This document shows, piece by piece, positions 9,973 to 22,949 of a DNA stretch of 32,000 nt (position 1 is the first letter of the stretch; every line of letters begins with the position of its first letter). The DNA is from Wallemia ichthyophaga EXF-994 (lineage: Eukaryota; Fungi; Basidiomycota). The stretch is from contig NW_008806282.1 in assembly GCF_000400465.1 (NCBI RefSeq), positions 360,001-392,000 on the forward strand, written 5' to 3'. Both the position numbers and the translations under genes were made by a program. The notes below the pieces were generated by a model. The model ran no database searches and was not told where the DNA came from. It worked only from the letters and a program-made list of their open reading frames with translations.

Positions 9973-12671
9973 ATGAATAAAATAAAAGAATTCGATAAAC
10001 CTCCTTTGAAATTCATCAATCACATCTCAAATCCACTCATTTCCAATCTCCCTCCTTCTCAAATCTACAAGCCATTGCACATTGTCGGTAAGGGTGCATA
10101 CGGCAGTGTGTGGAAAGGCTGCCACCTCCACACGGGTTTCGTAGTCGCCATAAAAGTCATCGACTTTGATCTTTCCGGCAACACGAGCGCGATCGATGAT
10201 GACGTCGCCGACATCCAGCGTGAAGTTTCTGTTTTATCCCGACTACGCGATGTCGACAACAAGAACGTTACTCGCTACTACGGTTGTCATTTAGAGGGCT
10301 CAAAACTGTGGATTATTATGGATTACGCAGGCGGTGGTAGTGTGCGCACCCTAATGAAAGCTCAACCACGCCTAGACGAGCGTTTCGTGGTGGTGATAGT
10401 CCGTGAATGTCTCTATGCACTAAGCTTTCTACACAAGAGCGGCATCATTCATCGTGACATTAAAGCTGCTAACATACTCATCAACAGCGTTGGCCGTGTA
10501 CTTTTATGCGATTTCGGTGTCAGCGCCAGTCTCCCATCAGCCAGCAGCAAGCGAACTACTTTCATAGGTACTCCTTACTGGATGGCACCTGAAGTCATAG
10601 CACATGGTGCAGATGCCGTCAACGGTCGTGAGTACGACTCTAAAGCTGATATATGGAGTTTGGGCATTACAATCTACGAAATGTGTCAGGGTCGTCCCCC
10701 TCTCTCCGACCAAGAGGCAATGAAAGCCATTTTCCTCATCACTCGTTCACCTCCAGCTCGTCTACCTGATGATGGAAAATATAGTCGCGAAATGCGCGAA
10801 TTGGTGGGGAGTTGTTTGGTATCTGATCCTAAATCTCGTCCTTCCGCTGACGAGTTGCTAAAATGCAAGTATATTAAGAGCTCCTCGCGTGTACCGACAA
10901 GCATTCTGCGCAAGCTGCAGACTATTTACAGCGAGTGGGAGATGCGCGGTGGTCAACGCGCAAGTCTGGCTGGACAAGTATGGGATGAGGAAGAGGAAGA
11001 GGCGGCGTTTAACGCTAATTATCAACGTATGAGCGGATGGGATTACTCCTCTATCTCCCCCTCTGAAGCTGTCAATCGGCAAGTTGAAAATGATGTTGAG
11101 TTGGACGCTCCAAATAAACCTATCGCACCAAGGAATAGACTGTTGAGAATATTCGACGACCCAAATGCAGAAGATGAGAATGATATACAGTTGAACACCA
11201 GAGGATTGGGTTTAGCGCAGCATAGAAAAACACCATTACATGGTGATAGTGACGCGACTATGCGCCAGATAGACTTGAATGCAGTCGGTAGCGGTAGCGG
11301 TAATGCCGGTGGCGGTGGTGGTGATGGGATGATAGATCTCAGTGCGATAAGTGCGATAGATGACAGTAGTAGTGATTATCCAGGCATAGATTTGCCATCT
11401 GGGAGTAGTCTTCCAACGCAGTATGACGACTACGATGATTACCCTGAGTATGATGACAAAATGCAGTCGAATGGACGCACTATCCGAGCTAGTTATGGTG
11501 CATTTCAACCCGCAGCACAAATCGATACCAGTGTGAGTGCAATGAAAAACAGAAAAACACCAAAAACACCCACCGCCCATCGTCACAAATCTTCTTATGC
11601 GAGTAGTAGGAATTTCTCGACAGATTCCACGGCCAGCTCCCCGAATGATTTCTCGCCCAAAGTGGATGAACACAGTGGTAGCGCAGGTAGTGGGAGTGGC
11701 AAGGGTAGTGCCAATAGCAGTGCAAATGGCAAGAACAAGAATGTGTTTGAAGGTTCATTTGCTTTTAGAGCTAAGGGGAATAATGTGGCTAATTCAGCTG
11801 GTAACTCAGCAACCAGCTCAGCAGCTAATTCCACAACAACATCTCCACAAAGCACATGGCACAAGACCGCACAAGCAAAGGTATCACCGCAGATGAAAGA
11901 AGATACACCTGCAACACCTACAACACTAGGATCACTCTCACCTTCATTCCAATTTCCACCAATACGCAAAACACAAGAACAGCCACCGAGTTTACCCAGT
12001 TTACCCAGCTTGCCTAATCTCAGTCGCTCAGCTAGCTTGGTGAGGTCACACAGCCACAATCCTTGTTCGAGCACTGGTAGTATGTGGGAGTTGGAGGGAG
12101 ATAGTGGAGCAACTAAAATAGATGTAGGAGTAGCGGAGAGGACAAAAATGAATTCAAGACCGACGGTGATGAGGAACAGTTCAGTATCGGTGATGGAGAC
12201 AATACCGTCTCCAGACATGAAGGCGTCGGAGGTGACTAAAGATGTGGGTAGTGCAAGGAGTGCAGCACATGCAACGGTGAGTGGACAGGAACGTGCAGGG
12301 GTTCGTGGACATGGACGGAGATCAAGCCAGGCATCAGAGAGCATGAACCCAAGTAGCGCAAGGTATAGGAATATAGGAAGGAGAACGAGTCGGAGTGAGG
12401 GACAAGTAGTGGTGGGTTGAAAAGATGAGTTGAATGAGAAAAACTGATATGCTCCCAGTTAAGCACATCTATGTCATCAGAATTGGCGACGCTTTCAGAG
12501 GATGTGAGTGGTAGGAGGACACGTGAGGGACCAAGAACAGTGGAGAAGGAATACAAGCCATTGGATTACAACAGACTATGTCAAACACAAAGCAAGCAAA
12601 TGATTCAAGAAGAAATGATTACTATGTTAGATGAAGTGCAAATGCATTTGGATAACATGGCAAGATTGTAG
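9973..12671 (+). CDS. KIC1: STE20/GCK-family Ser/Thr kinase, Kic1/Nak1 type
   Basis: Kinase motifs GKGAYG, VAIK, DIQREV, HRDIKAAN, DFG and TFIGTPYWMAPE, followed by a long low-complexity Ser-rich tail. Intron 12412-12458 joins ORF 12471-12671 in frame. Subfamily assigned by motif recognition only. Confidence 0.85.
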
Positions 12672-13126
12672 ATGTACATGTAATAGACAACTGAATGAAA
12701 TGGTTAGATGGAGGTAGGGGGATAAAGCTGCTAAGCCAAGGCTGAAACATTTGTCTTCGTTTATAAGTCAGACGAAAGATGGTGTATGTTTTGTGTATCA
12801 TCATTGCAGCTTTATAGGTGTGGACTTACTTGATGGCTGTGTAAGTTGAAGAGAGAAGACATGATGAAAATCGTTTAAATAGTCGAGAAATGAATAAAAA
12901 AAATGAAATTTGAAGCGTTGAAAGGGGTAGTATAGGATGGGGTGTTGATTGTTGTAAATTCCAACCAATTTGAATCACCCAGTATTAAAAATTTCATGGG
13001 GATTAAATTTGAGTGCAAGTGGTTAAAATAACGATCATCTCTTTGGTGAGTGGGGGAGTTAGATGTAAAATAAATAGACATTTAACGCTTTAATAGTCAC
13101 CTCCTGACTCACAGAATAAATCAAAG

Positions 13127-13542
13127 ATGAGTTACGTCGCAAAGGACCAAAAGGAAGTTGAGCAAGTTCAAGTTGCCCAAACACACAAAATCCGTATCAC
13201 CTTAACATCACGTAATGTCAAGGCTATTGAGAAGTTCTCAACGGACTTAATCAACCGTGCAAAGGACAAGGATTTGCGTGTTAAAGGACCAGTGAGACTT
13301 CCAACACGTTCACTCAAGATCACCACCCGTAAGGCTGTGAGTTTTGATGTATTCCCTTGTAATTACAAATATACTCACACAACAAACAGCCAAACGGTGA
13401 AGGTTCAAAGACTTGGGACAGATACGAGCTTAAAATTCACAAGCGTTTGATCGACTTAACAGCAACCTCAGACGTTGTTAGACAGATCACTTCAATTTCA
13501 CTTGAGCCAGGTGTTGACGTTGAGGTTACCATCGCCGCTTAA
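13127..13542 (+). CDS. RPS20: 40S ribosomal protein S20 (uS10)
   Basis: HKIRITLTS and VKGPVRLPT; intron 13337-13389; exon 2 [30 protein letters not shown]. Confidence 0.98.
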
Positions 13543-13608
13543 GAATTTTGTAGCCTTTACTTGGGAATATTTATGCATATCACCCTTTGTTTATCTCAAC
13601 CACCATCC

Positions 13609-16600
13609 ATGAATTTACAAGGAGATGTTAAAAGGCATTTAGACTTGAAACATAGTAATCAATTGGCTTATAAGTTTGTTGAGGATAATGGCGTCGAGAA
13701 TACACCACTCAAGCTAGATTCCTCCTTGAAGAGACACACTACCTTCCTTAGGCGTCTCAAACTCAATTTAGGCGCTGAGAACGTTGACAATAACATCAAA
13801 GATATCCACCAACTCAGCCTATCCAAACATCTCGAAGAAATTGTCACAAACATCGTTGAAGGCGTCATCAAATGCAAATCTGAAAAGGATTCTTGGGCTG
13901 CCGTCGAGACCATCTCCGCTCTCCACCAAAGATTCCCTATCTCCTTCTCTTCTCCTCTCATTTCCCTCTTATCTTCCTCTCTATCCCCCCCTTCGAAATC
14001 TCAACTAGCCGCTCTCTCCCCCGAGCAAAGAGACAAAGAAGAAGCTGCTAGAATTAACAAGCAACGCCCTATTCTCAGAGTCGCTGGTGAATTATACCTC
14101 GTTGGCCTCATCCCCGACTCTCCCTCTAAAGATGGTCCTAAGAATTGGTTATTTGTTAAGCTTAAAGACCTTCTAGCAACCGATAAAGATCACTCAAACA
14201 CCCCGATTCTCATCTCCTTCATTAAACACTTTTCTGCTCTCATTTACGGTCTTGATGGTGATCAACACACTCTCATCGATTCTCCCTCCCAAGAACGCTT
14301 CAAAGCCCTTTCTTCCGCCTACTACGACACTCTAACAAGAAAACTCGTCAAAGAACACCTCAAACTGCAAGATCAAGATAAACGCAACCACGAAGCTTAC
14401 ATCCGCTCAGGTGAAATCTTTCAAGACAGACAGCAATCTTACGAAAAACTCACAAAAGCTTATGAAAAGCTACTTAACTCCACTCAAACCCTTTCTGAAC
14501 TACTCCATCTAGACATGCCTCAATTACCAAAAGAACAGTCAAAGGGATTAGGCGGTTTAGTCGTCGCTGATGGCTCCACCCCTTACAACAGAGATCATGA
14601 CGAGTATGATTCTACTATCGGTAAATGGGAAGATGAGGATGCCAAAAACTTTTACGAGGATGTCTTTGACTTGGCTGATGTCCTCCCTCCTGCTGTCTTC
14701 GCAAATGTCTTGGGTAAGAAGGTCGACCAGAAGGACGATATTGGCGAGTCACCAGCACAAAAAATCCAAACAGATGAGCAAATGGATAAGGAAAAAGAAC
14801 AGCTCGTCTCTACGCTCACTTCCACACCCGACGACCCAGATGAGGGTATATCTGCCGGCCCATCTGCCCAGCTCAACGCCCTCTTTGCCAGACTGCCTGA
14901 GATGAACAACCGCGCAATGATTGACCAGGTGGCAGTTGAGTTTGCCATGCTTAACTCTAAGGCTGCTCGTAAAAGGGCCATCAAGTCAATAGCCGCTGTT
15001 CCACGCAACAGGTCTGATGTCTTACCCTACTATGCGCGTTTAACTGCAATTCTCAACAAGCACATGCCCGATATCGGCAAGGGTGTGGTTGATCTTCTTG
15101 ACGATGAGTTCCGCTATTTGCAACGCAAGAAGAATTTAGTGAAGGAGCTGGCTGAGTCGCGCACCAAGAATGCACGCTTCATATCTGAGTTGACCAAGTT
15201 CAGTGTAGTCCCAACGCACTACATCCTCCACTGCTACAAGGTGTTGCTGGATGATTTTACGGGAGTCAACATTGATGTGCTGGCCATTCTTCTCGAGACG
15301 TGCGGGCGTTATCTGCTGCGCAGCGAAGAGACGGGGGAGAAGATGAAGATATTCCTCGAGCTAATGAAACGCAAGCAACAGCTACAACACCTGGATCAGC
15401 GTCAGCAACTCATCCTCGAGAACGCTTACTACCACTGCAACCCACCTGAACGGGCTAGTCGACCTGTCAAAGAACGCACGCCAACGGAGCTTTTTATCCG
15501 CCACCTCATCTACGACGTCCTCACGCGCCGGACCGTCGAAAAGGTTTCGAAGCTCCTCCGCAAGCTGCACTGGGAAGATGAGGGAGTGATAAACGTCTTA
15601 CTCAACGTTTTCACGAAAGTGTGGAAAATTTCCTACGCTTCTATCCCACTGCTGGCCATACTGGTGTATGATCTACAGCGTTTTCATCCGGCATTCTGCG
15701 TGATGGTCGTCGACCGTGTACTTGAAGACGTTAAGAGCGGTGTAGAGCAGAATATATTCAAATACAATCAACGACGGGTCGCTGCAGTGCGATACCTGGG
15801 TGAGTTGTACAACTACCGCAGTGTGCAGTCTGGGGTTATATTCGATGTTTTGTGGATGCTGGTGACATGGGGACATGTCGGTGGACGACCCCTTCCCGGA
15901 ATGGCTAGCGGGGGTGTGCGTGATGCACCCGACGACTTTTTCAGGATACGGTTAGTGTGCACTCTGCTAGATACGTGCGGAGCGTGCTTCGATAGTGGCT
16001 TGCAGAGGAAGCGCCTCGATGACTATATTGCCTTCTTGATGATGTACGTGGCTACTAAATCAACCCTGCCGATGGACATGGACTTTATGTACACGGATAC
16101 CCTCGACGCTCTCAGACCGGGGATAGCGATAAAGAGGTCGTTCGAAGACGCTGTTAGAGGCGTCGATGAAATGATGGCGGATGATCACCATCTTCTCCCC
16201 GACCAAGGTGGTGAGGAGGAGGTTGTTTATCGCGACGAGGAGAGCGGGGAGGAGGAAAACGGAGATGGTGAAGGTGAAGGTGAGGAGGGGCAGGTTGAAG
16301 CAACTGAACCTGTTGAAGCCGATGAAGCTGATGAAGGCGATGAAGAAGACGAGTCAGACTCAGACAGCGAGGTTAGTGGGCTATGGATATTGCACGCTTG
16401 ACACATACTCACACACTACAGGGTGACGCTGAGATGGACGACGACGTAGTCCTGCGCGAGAGCGAGAGAGGGAGAGAGAAAGAGGAGATACCGCCTGAGG
16501 AAGAGGACGAGTTTAACAGGGAGCTGGCAAAGATGGCTACGGACAACAGCGAAGCGAAGAAGGTGGACAAGCGCGCATTGTTCGATCTATCGCTCCCCGC

Positions 16601-16953
16601 CAAGAAGAAAACGGAGGAAGAGGGAGGTTCAGGTGACCCAAGTCAGATGAAATTCACAGTACTCACTAAGAAAGGGGCTAAACAGCAAACGCGGACGGTT
16701 GAAGTACCTTCTGAGTCCCCGCTCGCTGTTAACTCGCGCACGAATGCACTCCAGGATCAGCATGAGCAGGCACAACTGAAGAAGTTAGTGTTGGATTATG
16801 AGAAGAGAGACGCAGCACAGCAGGATGTGAATGAAAAGAAACGTGAGTTAGGGTGCTGATGGGCGTGAAGGGGATCGACTGACACCACACTCAGGCTGGG
16901 AACAACTGTCGAAAGCGACGGGAATGAAGATAAATTTCAAGCAGGATGGATAA
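13609..16953 (+). CDS. UPF2: Nonsense-mediated decay factor Upf2/Nmd2
   Basis: Three MIF4G-type regions (LDSSLKRHT..; RLPEMNNRAMIDQVAVEFAMLNSK; KLLRKLHW..RRVAAVRYLGELYNY), an acidic region and a C-terminal Upf1-binding segment (MKFTVLTKKGAKQQT). Introns 16372-16421 and 16843-16894. Confidence 0.95.
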
Positions 16954-17169
16954 AGGGATATACTTGAATAGCGTTCTACAATACCACGATTGTACATGAT
17001 CAATCGCACTGCACGGCGACGGCACCCAGCAAATACGCAGGCTAGCAGATGAGTGGATTGGTTGAATTAAATTTTGTTTTAATTAGAAAATAAAAGATTA
17101 TTTATTTCTTTGTCAAATGCAAGGGAAATGCAAGGGAGATACACGGGTTGTACACCACCCACCAAGACC

Positions 17170-17722
17170 ATGTTAACAAATCGCCTGAGCAGCAGTGGCA
17201 GTGTTAGTGTCCACGCTATCACAAAAATAAGCAAACAGAGCAGATGCCTGAGCAGCAGTGCAGTGCGTCAAGGATCCAGTGCGGGTGGATATGACGATGG
17301 ATCTGGTGAAGAGTACGCACCAGCGTGTGAGTTGAAGTTGGACTGAGATAAACATAGGCCATTCTCACACCCAAGCAGCCCTTTTGTCTCCCTCTTGGCT
17401 GCGTTTGTTCGGTTTCGCTGCTGCATCCGCCGTGGGTCTATCAGCGTACTCGTCGATGCACACGGAAGGCCAAGAACCTTTCTTAACACGCTACCTCGCC
17501 CACAACAAGCCTTCCCCAGAAACAAGCAAAGCTAACGCTGATAAACTCCTCGCTTTGAAGAAGGAACTCGCTGACGACACTCTCCTCCTCTCTGACGCAC
17601 ACCGTCCTAGGCTCCTTAGAATGTCAAATCCAGGCACTTTCGAACAGGCTTCCCCTCATAAAATTAGCCCTGGCTCTCAAGCTGATTTGTCCGATCTCAA
17701 CATCAAATCGCTTAGGGAGTAA
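17170..17722 (+). CDS. Probable mitochondrial complex I accessory subunit (fungal 17.8-kDa / NDUFB5-like)
   Basis: Arg/Ser-rich presequence-like N-terminus (..RCLSSSAVRQ). Intron 17327-17375/17378 (NAGNAG) joins ORF 17384-17722. One TM segment, then EPFLTRYL..DDTLLL..FEQASP..PGSQADL, which I recall as resembling the Neurospora 17.8-kDa subunit layout. Confidence 0.55.
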
Positions 17723-17741
17723 TACATATATTTTACATTTC

Positions 17742-20157
17742 TCATTTCTCGTTGAACACTGCGTTATCTTGGTTGGTATATGTACGCGAACTCTCCTCTC
17801 CTCCCAATTTCAATCCAAGCCCTTCTATATCACGTTGCATCACGCACGCTAGTCTGTCTGTCTCCACATCGAAACTGCTTAGAGAGAGTGATATCGAATT
17901 GCCATCTTCTAGTTTATCCGTTGTCGGCTGTTTGCTAAACGCCGTCCGGTAGCTGTCGAGCGATAATTGTGGCAGCATCCTCGTGTAGAACGATGGCGTG
18001 GGCAGTTTGTCATGTGACTTGTCATTCGATTTGTCATTCGATATTGACAAAGGTGTGGGTGGCGAGTCCATGTATATTCCAGATGATCTCTGACTGGCAT
18101 GTGCTGATGTTTCTGGATTAGTCATGTCGTCGGATATGGACTGTCTGTGTGTGTCCAAAATTTTCACGTTGGTATTCACGTTGTTAGTGCTGGGCGATTC
18201 ACCGCGTCTCTTCAACATCCCATCACTCTCCCTCTCACTCATATCACTCTGTCGACCATCGTTGCTCGGCGCTATCTGGAGATTCAGTTTATCTAGACGG
18301 TCTAACGAGTGTTAGTTGGTTAGATCAGCTACTTATCCCCAGCGCACCTGATATTATCCCAAATCTTATCTCCCAATCCTTCTCAATACGCTGCGGGGTA
18401 TGTTCATGATTGAAAGTGCACCACTGTTCGCACCACATCTGCCTCAGCTTTGCACTCTCCTCGTAGAATTTCGTCTGTATCTCAATAAAATCCCTAACAA
18501 CACCCCTTAACGCTCTCCTCATACCTTGAATAAACACAGGTAACTCCAACCTAAGCTGAAGATCTAGTGCATGGAATGACTTGAACGCTTCGTGAGCATT
18601 AAAGATGAGTTGAGTGGATGACCATCTATTCTTAGCTGGAATCATCCCAACTGAGTCGTCAAACTCCCGCTTCAACTCGTTACGTCGAGCTATAATGATA
18701 TGCGGGTTAGTCGACAGTTTCATTATTTCCTTGAGACGATAATGAATTCGACTGTCTATTTGGGTCACTAGTGCACCATATGGTATTTTGAAAATCTCCC
18801 TGATGATCCTCGCATATGCGTCTATAGTAATTGTAGATTCATTTTCATTCCCATTTACTTTCTTTATATGGGAAAAAGCATCAAGCGAAGAAGTAGCATA
18901 CCATCTCCCAACTAATTTCGCTAGCTGGTGTAATTCTAAACTAACAGTGTTAAGCCAATCGTTGATGTTTTTGGTGAACAAAGTCAGCTGGTGTAATTCA
19001 CTATCGAGCAATCGGATGATAGTGTTGGAGGCAATTGAATGCTCTTGTGAGTATACAGGTGGTCCATTTTGTTGCATATCCTCATTAGCGAGATTTTGTG
19101 TGGATTGTATGGGTGATGAAGCGATGGAGGTAGTGATGGAGTTCGGATGGGTGGTGGATTTAGATCTGCGACGCAAAAATGTTCTGCTTTTCTTTGAAGG
19201 CAGCATTGGTGGAGTCTTTTTAAAACTATTTGGCATGGAAGTTGAGGATGGTATAAGCGGTGAGCGCGCTGGACTGTCGTCGGATGTGTGCATGTGCATT
19301 AGGAGAGCATTATCGACTGAGTCTTTCCGGAATTTAGCATCGTTGATTCTCTCAGCGAGAGAGTGAAGGTGAGTGAGAGCGTTGTTTAGCGAAGGCACGT
19401 TGTTTTGATTGCATTTAATGAGATTGTTGATGAGTAGAGGATACTTGAGAATACGTTGAAAGGGTTTTACCAATAGGGAAGGTAAATCCCAAGCATTAGT
19501 GAGACCTTGAAGTTTAGCAGAGCTTTGATCGTGCCAGAGTTGAACACTTGGATCATTTTGTAAAAGCTGGATAAGCTTGTTATTTGAAGTAGTTTGCCTG
19601 GAGCAATAGTAAAGGTATAAAGGTTCAAATTTTGATGGGATATGTTGACAGAATAGGTCACCTATATTTTCACCTTTGTTGATTGCATTTTCAAGCAAAG
19701 CAACGAAATCACAAGCCCAAAGCATAATACTTTGAATATTTAAGAAGATAATTCTTAGGTTATCATTTGATAGGATTTGAGTATTAATCGGAGTACTGCT
19801 ACTCGTGCTACGTGTCTCAGTGGATGAATTTACGGATTTGGAACGACTAAGTGGAATTGGCTTATAATTCAAAGCAGATTGATAGAAAATGTTGCAAATC
19901 AATTTCAAATCAGACGCGTAAACTTTTTCAGTGTCTAACAATTCATTCAAAATATGTGAATGAGTCGATTGAATTGAATTATTTGAATTTATAGAGCTCG
20001 ACGATGAATTACCACGCATTGGATTCTTTGGATTGATTTTTGGTGGTGATGACGCATTTAGTGGGTTGCTATCTAAACCAATGGGCGTATGATGAGGAGA
20101 CAGAGGTGGCAATGGCAGTGGTTTACTTGGTGGTGGTTTCTGTTGTGGTAAGGACAT
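17742..20157 (-). CDS. RhoGEF with DH domain plus probable BAR domain (Gef1/Tuba-like)
   Basis: DH motifs ELLDTEKVY, IFLNIQSI and LPSLLVKPFQRILKYPLL, followed by a BAR-like helical region (LDLQLRLELP). Intron 18347-18302 joins ORF 17742-18242 in frame as the last exon. Confidence 0.8.
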
Positions 20158-20239
20158 TTGATCAAATTGAATGAATATTTTATTCAAATTCCCTCTAACG
20201 TGGCTGTAACGGTTCAAGCCATCCACCTCACACCCAACA

Positions 20240-21106
20240 ATGGCGGACAGAAAAGTACTTAACAAATATTACCCACCTGATTATGATCCTTCTATTATTC
20301 CTCGTATGAAGCGTGGTAAAGAGCGTCAGCAGCAAGTCAGGCTTATGACTCCTTATAGCATGCGTTGCTTAAAGTGCGGTGATTTCATCTATAGGGGTAA
20401 AAAATTCAACGCGCGTAAAGAAGAAGCTGTCGGTGAGGATTACTTTGGTGTAAAGGTGTTCAGATTCTACATCAAATGTCCCCTTTGTTCCTCTGAAATT
20501 ACATTCAAAACTGATCCAAAGAACACGGATTACGCTGCAGAGCATGGTGCAACGCGTAACTACGATAATTCTATTCAAAGGGAGCCAAAGAAAGATCTAG
20601 ATGAATTAGCTAAAGTTGATGATGATCACCCAGAAGAAGTTGAGGAAGATCCTATGAAGCAATTAGAACAGCGCACTCTCGATTCTAAGCGTGAAATGGA
20701 AATAATGGATGCTTTATCTGATATACGCACACGTAACGCTAAGAATGAGAGACTTGACGCTCAAGATATTCTCGATAAAGTTGGTAAACGTTCTACCCAC
20801 GAGTTGAACGAGGAAGACGTACAAAAGATTCAACTCGAGCAGCAGGATGAGGATGAAGTGGCAAAAGTCTTTGGTAAACTTAAACGTGGCAATGATGATG
20901 ATGATCACTCGGCGCAAGTAAACGTAAAACGCAAGCTCGATGAACCTACGCTTGAATCACTACTCTCTGAAAAGGCTAAAGCGAGTATTGGAGTATCAAA
21001 ATCATCATCGGGAGCGGTCCAACCATCAAACACAGCACACTCAGCACTTCCCCGGAAAAAGGAGAGCAAGCTAGGTGTTAAGCTTGGTGTTAAAGTGAAA
21101 AAGTGA
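20240..21106 (+). CDS. YJU2: Splicing factor Yju2/Cwf16 (CCDC94)
   Basis: MADRKVLNKYYPPDYDP, zinc ligands CLKC and CPLC, KFNARKE and ITFKTDPKNTDY; single exon, 288 aa. Confidence 0.95.
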   Translation: MADRKVLNKYYPPDYDPSIIPRMKRGKERQQQVRLMTPYSMRCLKCGDFIYRGKKFNARKEEAVGEDYFGVKVFRFYIKCPLCSSEITFKTDPKNTDYAAEHGATRNYDNSIQREPKKDLDELAKVDDDHPEEVEEDPMKQLEQRTLDSKREMEIMDALSDIRTRNAKNERLDAQDILDKVGKRSTHELNEEDVQKIQLEQQDEDEVAKVFGKLKRGNDDDDHSAQVNVKRKLDEPTLESLLSEKAKASIGVSKSSSGAVQPSNTAHSALPRKKESKLGVKLGVKVKK

Positions 21107-21198
21107 TATTACAAAGTAAGACTACCAACTTATGTACTACTACTAACTTTCTTGTATAACAATGCATATTTACACACAAACTACCCACTCTATTCACC

Positions 21199-22830
21199 TT
21201 ACTGATGGAAACTCTCAGTTTGATTGCAGCTGTATAACGCGTTACCATCACTTGATCCCTCCAACCCAGCTTGTATCTTCTTACAAAGAGCTCTCTTTAA
21301 GAATTGCTCTCTCGACAACTCTCTCACTGCTCTCAAAACTTTCTCCAAATCCACTTTACCCGCATTGAGTGCTCTACCAAGATGATACATAGTGTCTTCG
21401 ATAGCTCTATCCTCAGCAATGAGATCGAGTAACTGATTAGACACGAGGTTATCAGCACATACTATTTCATCTACCCCGATATCCCCCCTCCGTCTACCAA
21501 CTTCCAATCCAGCAATACCTTGATTAACAGTATCATTAACTTTGGCTGCAACGCTTGTGCATATCTCGTTAACACTCTCTAAACGTGCACTCTCATCCAC
21601 TATCACTTCTCGAGCCCTTTCAAGATCTCCCTTAAGGGTTTGTTGAGAATCGTGTAATTGTTTGTGATTCTCCAATGACTGAGCTACTTTTTGTGACAAT
21701 ATCGCGTGGATGGTTGCATGTAGCTTAACTGTATTTGGATTAAGTGGTCTTGTTGGTTTAGATGAGGGTGTTATACTCTCACTACTGCTCGCTTTCATTT
21801 GTGTTCGTGATTGCGATTTTATTTGTGTCGGTGATTGTGTTTGCGTTGCTTGTGATTGTGGTATATGCTGATAAGGTATGCTGTCTGGTTCTGTCGTTAG
21901 TAAATCCGTTACACTTCCTGATACTGCCAATGGCTGAGGTGATGCTTGTCGTTGTGCGTATGAAGGTGTAAGCGTAGGTGCAGGTACAGGTGCTGGTAAG
22001 TCATACGATCTCGATGGACTCGACAACCCACCAGCACCAATCGGAGGAGGTCTTTGAGGGGGTGACTGTGATTGTGATTGTGATGTGCCTGCTGCATTCC
22101 CGTGTTCATTTCTCCAACTTAACGGTGTCTGAGCAGCGTAGTCAGTATTATCCAGCAACCCACCCAAGAACTCCCACTCACGATAGTCGGAGACATACTA
22201 AACGAAGGCGGCTTGTATGGTCTAGTAGGTGCTTCGTGACTGCTGCTCCTTGGAGAAGTTGCCGACTTTGGCGACTGCTGCTGCTCCTCTTCTCCTATGT
22301 GAGCAACAGGTTTTGCGTAGAGTGGAGGAAACATCTCGAAGCTATTTCTAAGTGCATAAGCCAAGTCAACGAGGTTGCACGCCTTCGAAGGGGAATTAGA
22401 TAAGCGATAAGCGGAGTCAAGCGCCAACACTCACTTCAGGTTTTCTAGCCCAATCGAAGACATAAGGGCTGCGCACAAGCCCACTGCTTTCGACGCCGTG
22501 TCCAGCCCGCACGAGCATCGTCGCTGTCGGCACAACGTACACCCACGGCGGAGAAGCTGGGTAATCGAGCGGAAGCCATAGCGAAAGAGGAATATTGTAC
22601 GTAGCATCTCTGAACTGTATCGGTAGCGTGCCGTAAACATTCACTAGCAGCTCAGAACGGCCGTTGTCGTGCGTGTATACCTCCGTGCGCGGTGATAGCG
22701 TCTCATTCATCTCAAGGAGACCACAAACATCCCTGCTCACACGCGACTGCTCGCGGTAATGCGTCGTTACTTCCCCCAGCCATCGAATCACCACGTCAGA
22801 CAACATGATCGTCGTGTGCAAAGAAGTCAT
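21199..22830 (-). CDS. VPS23: ESCRT-I subunit Vps23/TSG101
   Basis: UEV domain (GTLPIQFRDATYNIP..WLPLDYPASPP), Pro-rich linker, coiled coil and steadiness box (AEDRAIEDTMYHLGRAL..VRELSREQFLKRAL). Introns 22434-22383 and 22181-22129. Confidence 0.9.
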
Positions 22831-22949
22831 GTATCATAATTATATAAAAGTGCTAGAAAAGTAAAGTATCGCTGAATATCAAAGTGTGTTTTGTATTATA
22901 TTAGACGTGATGATTGTTTCGTCCTTTTATGTCAAAATTTTCATCCACT

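Noticed and set aside
11595-12344. 249-aa minus-strand ORF with LGKLGKLGKLG repeat
   Set aside because: Antisense shadow of the kinase's low-complexity tail; the repeat mirrors the 9-nt PSL repeat on the sense strand.
13127-16953. RPS20 next to UPF2 as a translation-surveillance cluster
   Set aside because: Both act on ribosomes, but adjacency alone in a genome this dense is not evidence of a functional cluster.
17742-18242. Stand-alone 166-aa orphan gene
   Set aside because: It splices in frame to the RhoGEF through intron 18347-18302, so it is better explained as that gene's last exon.
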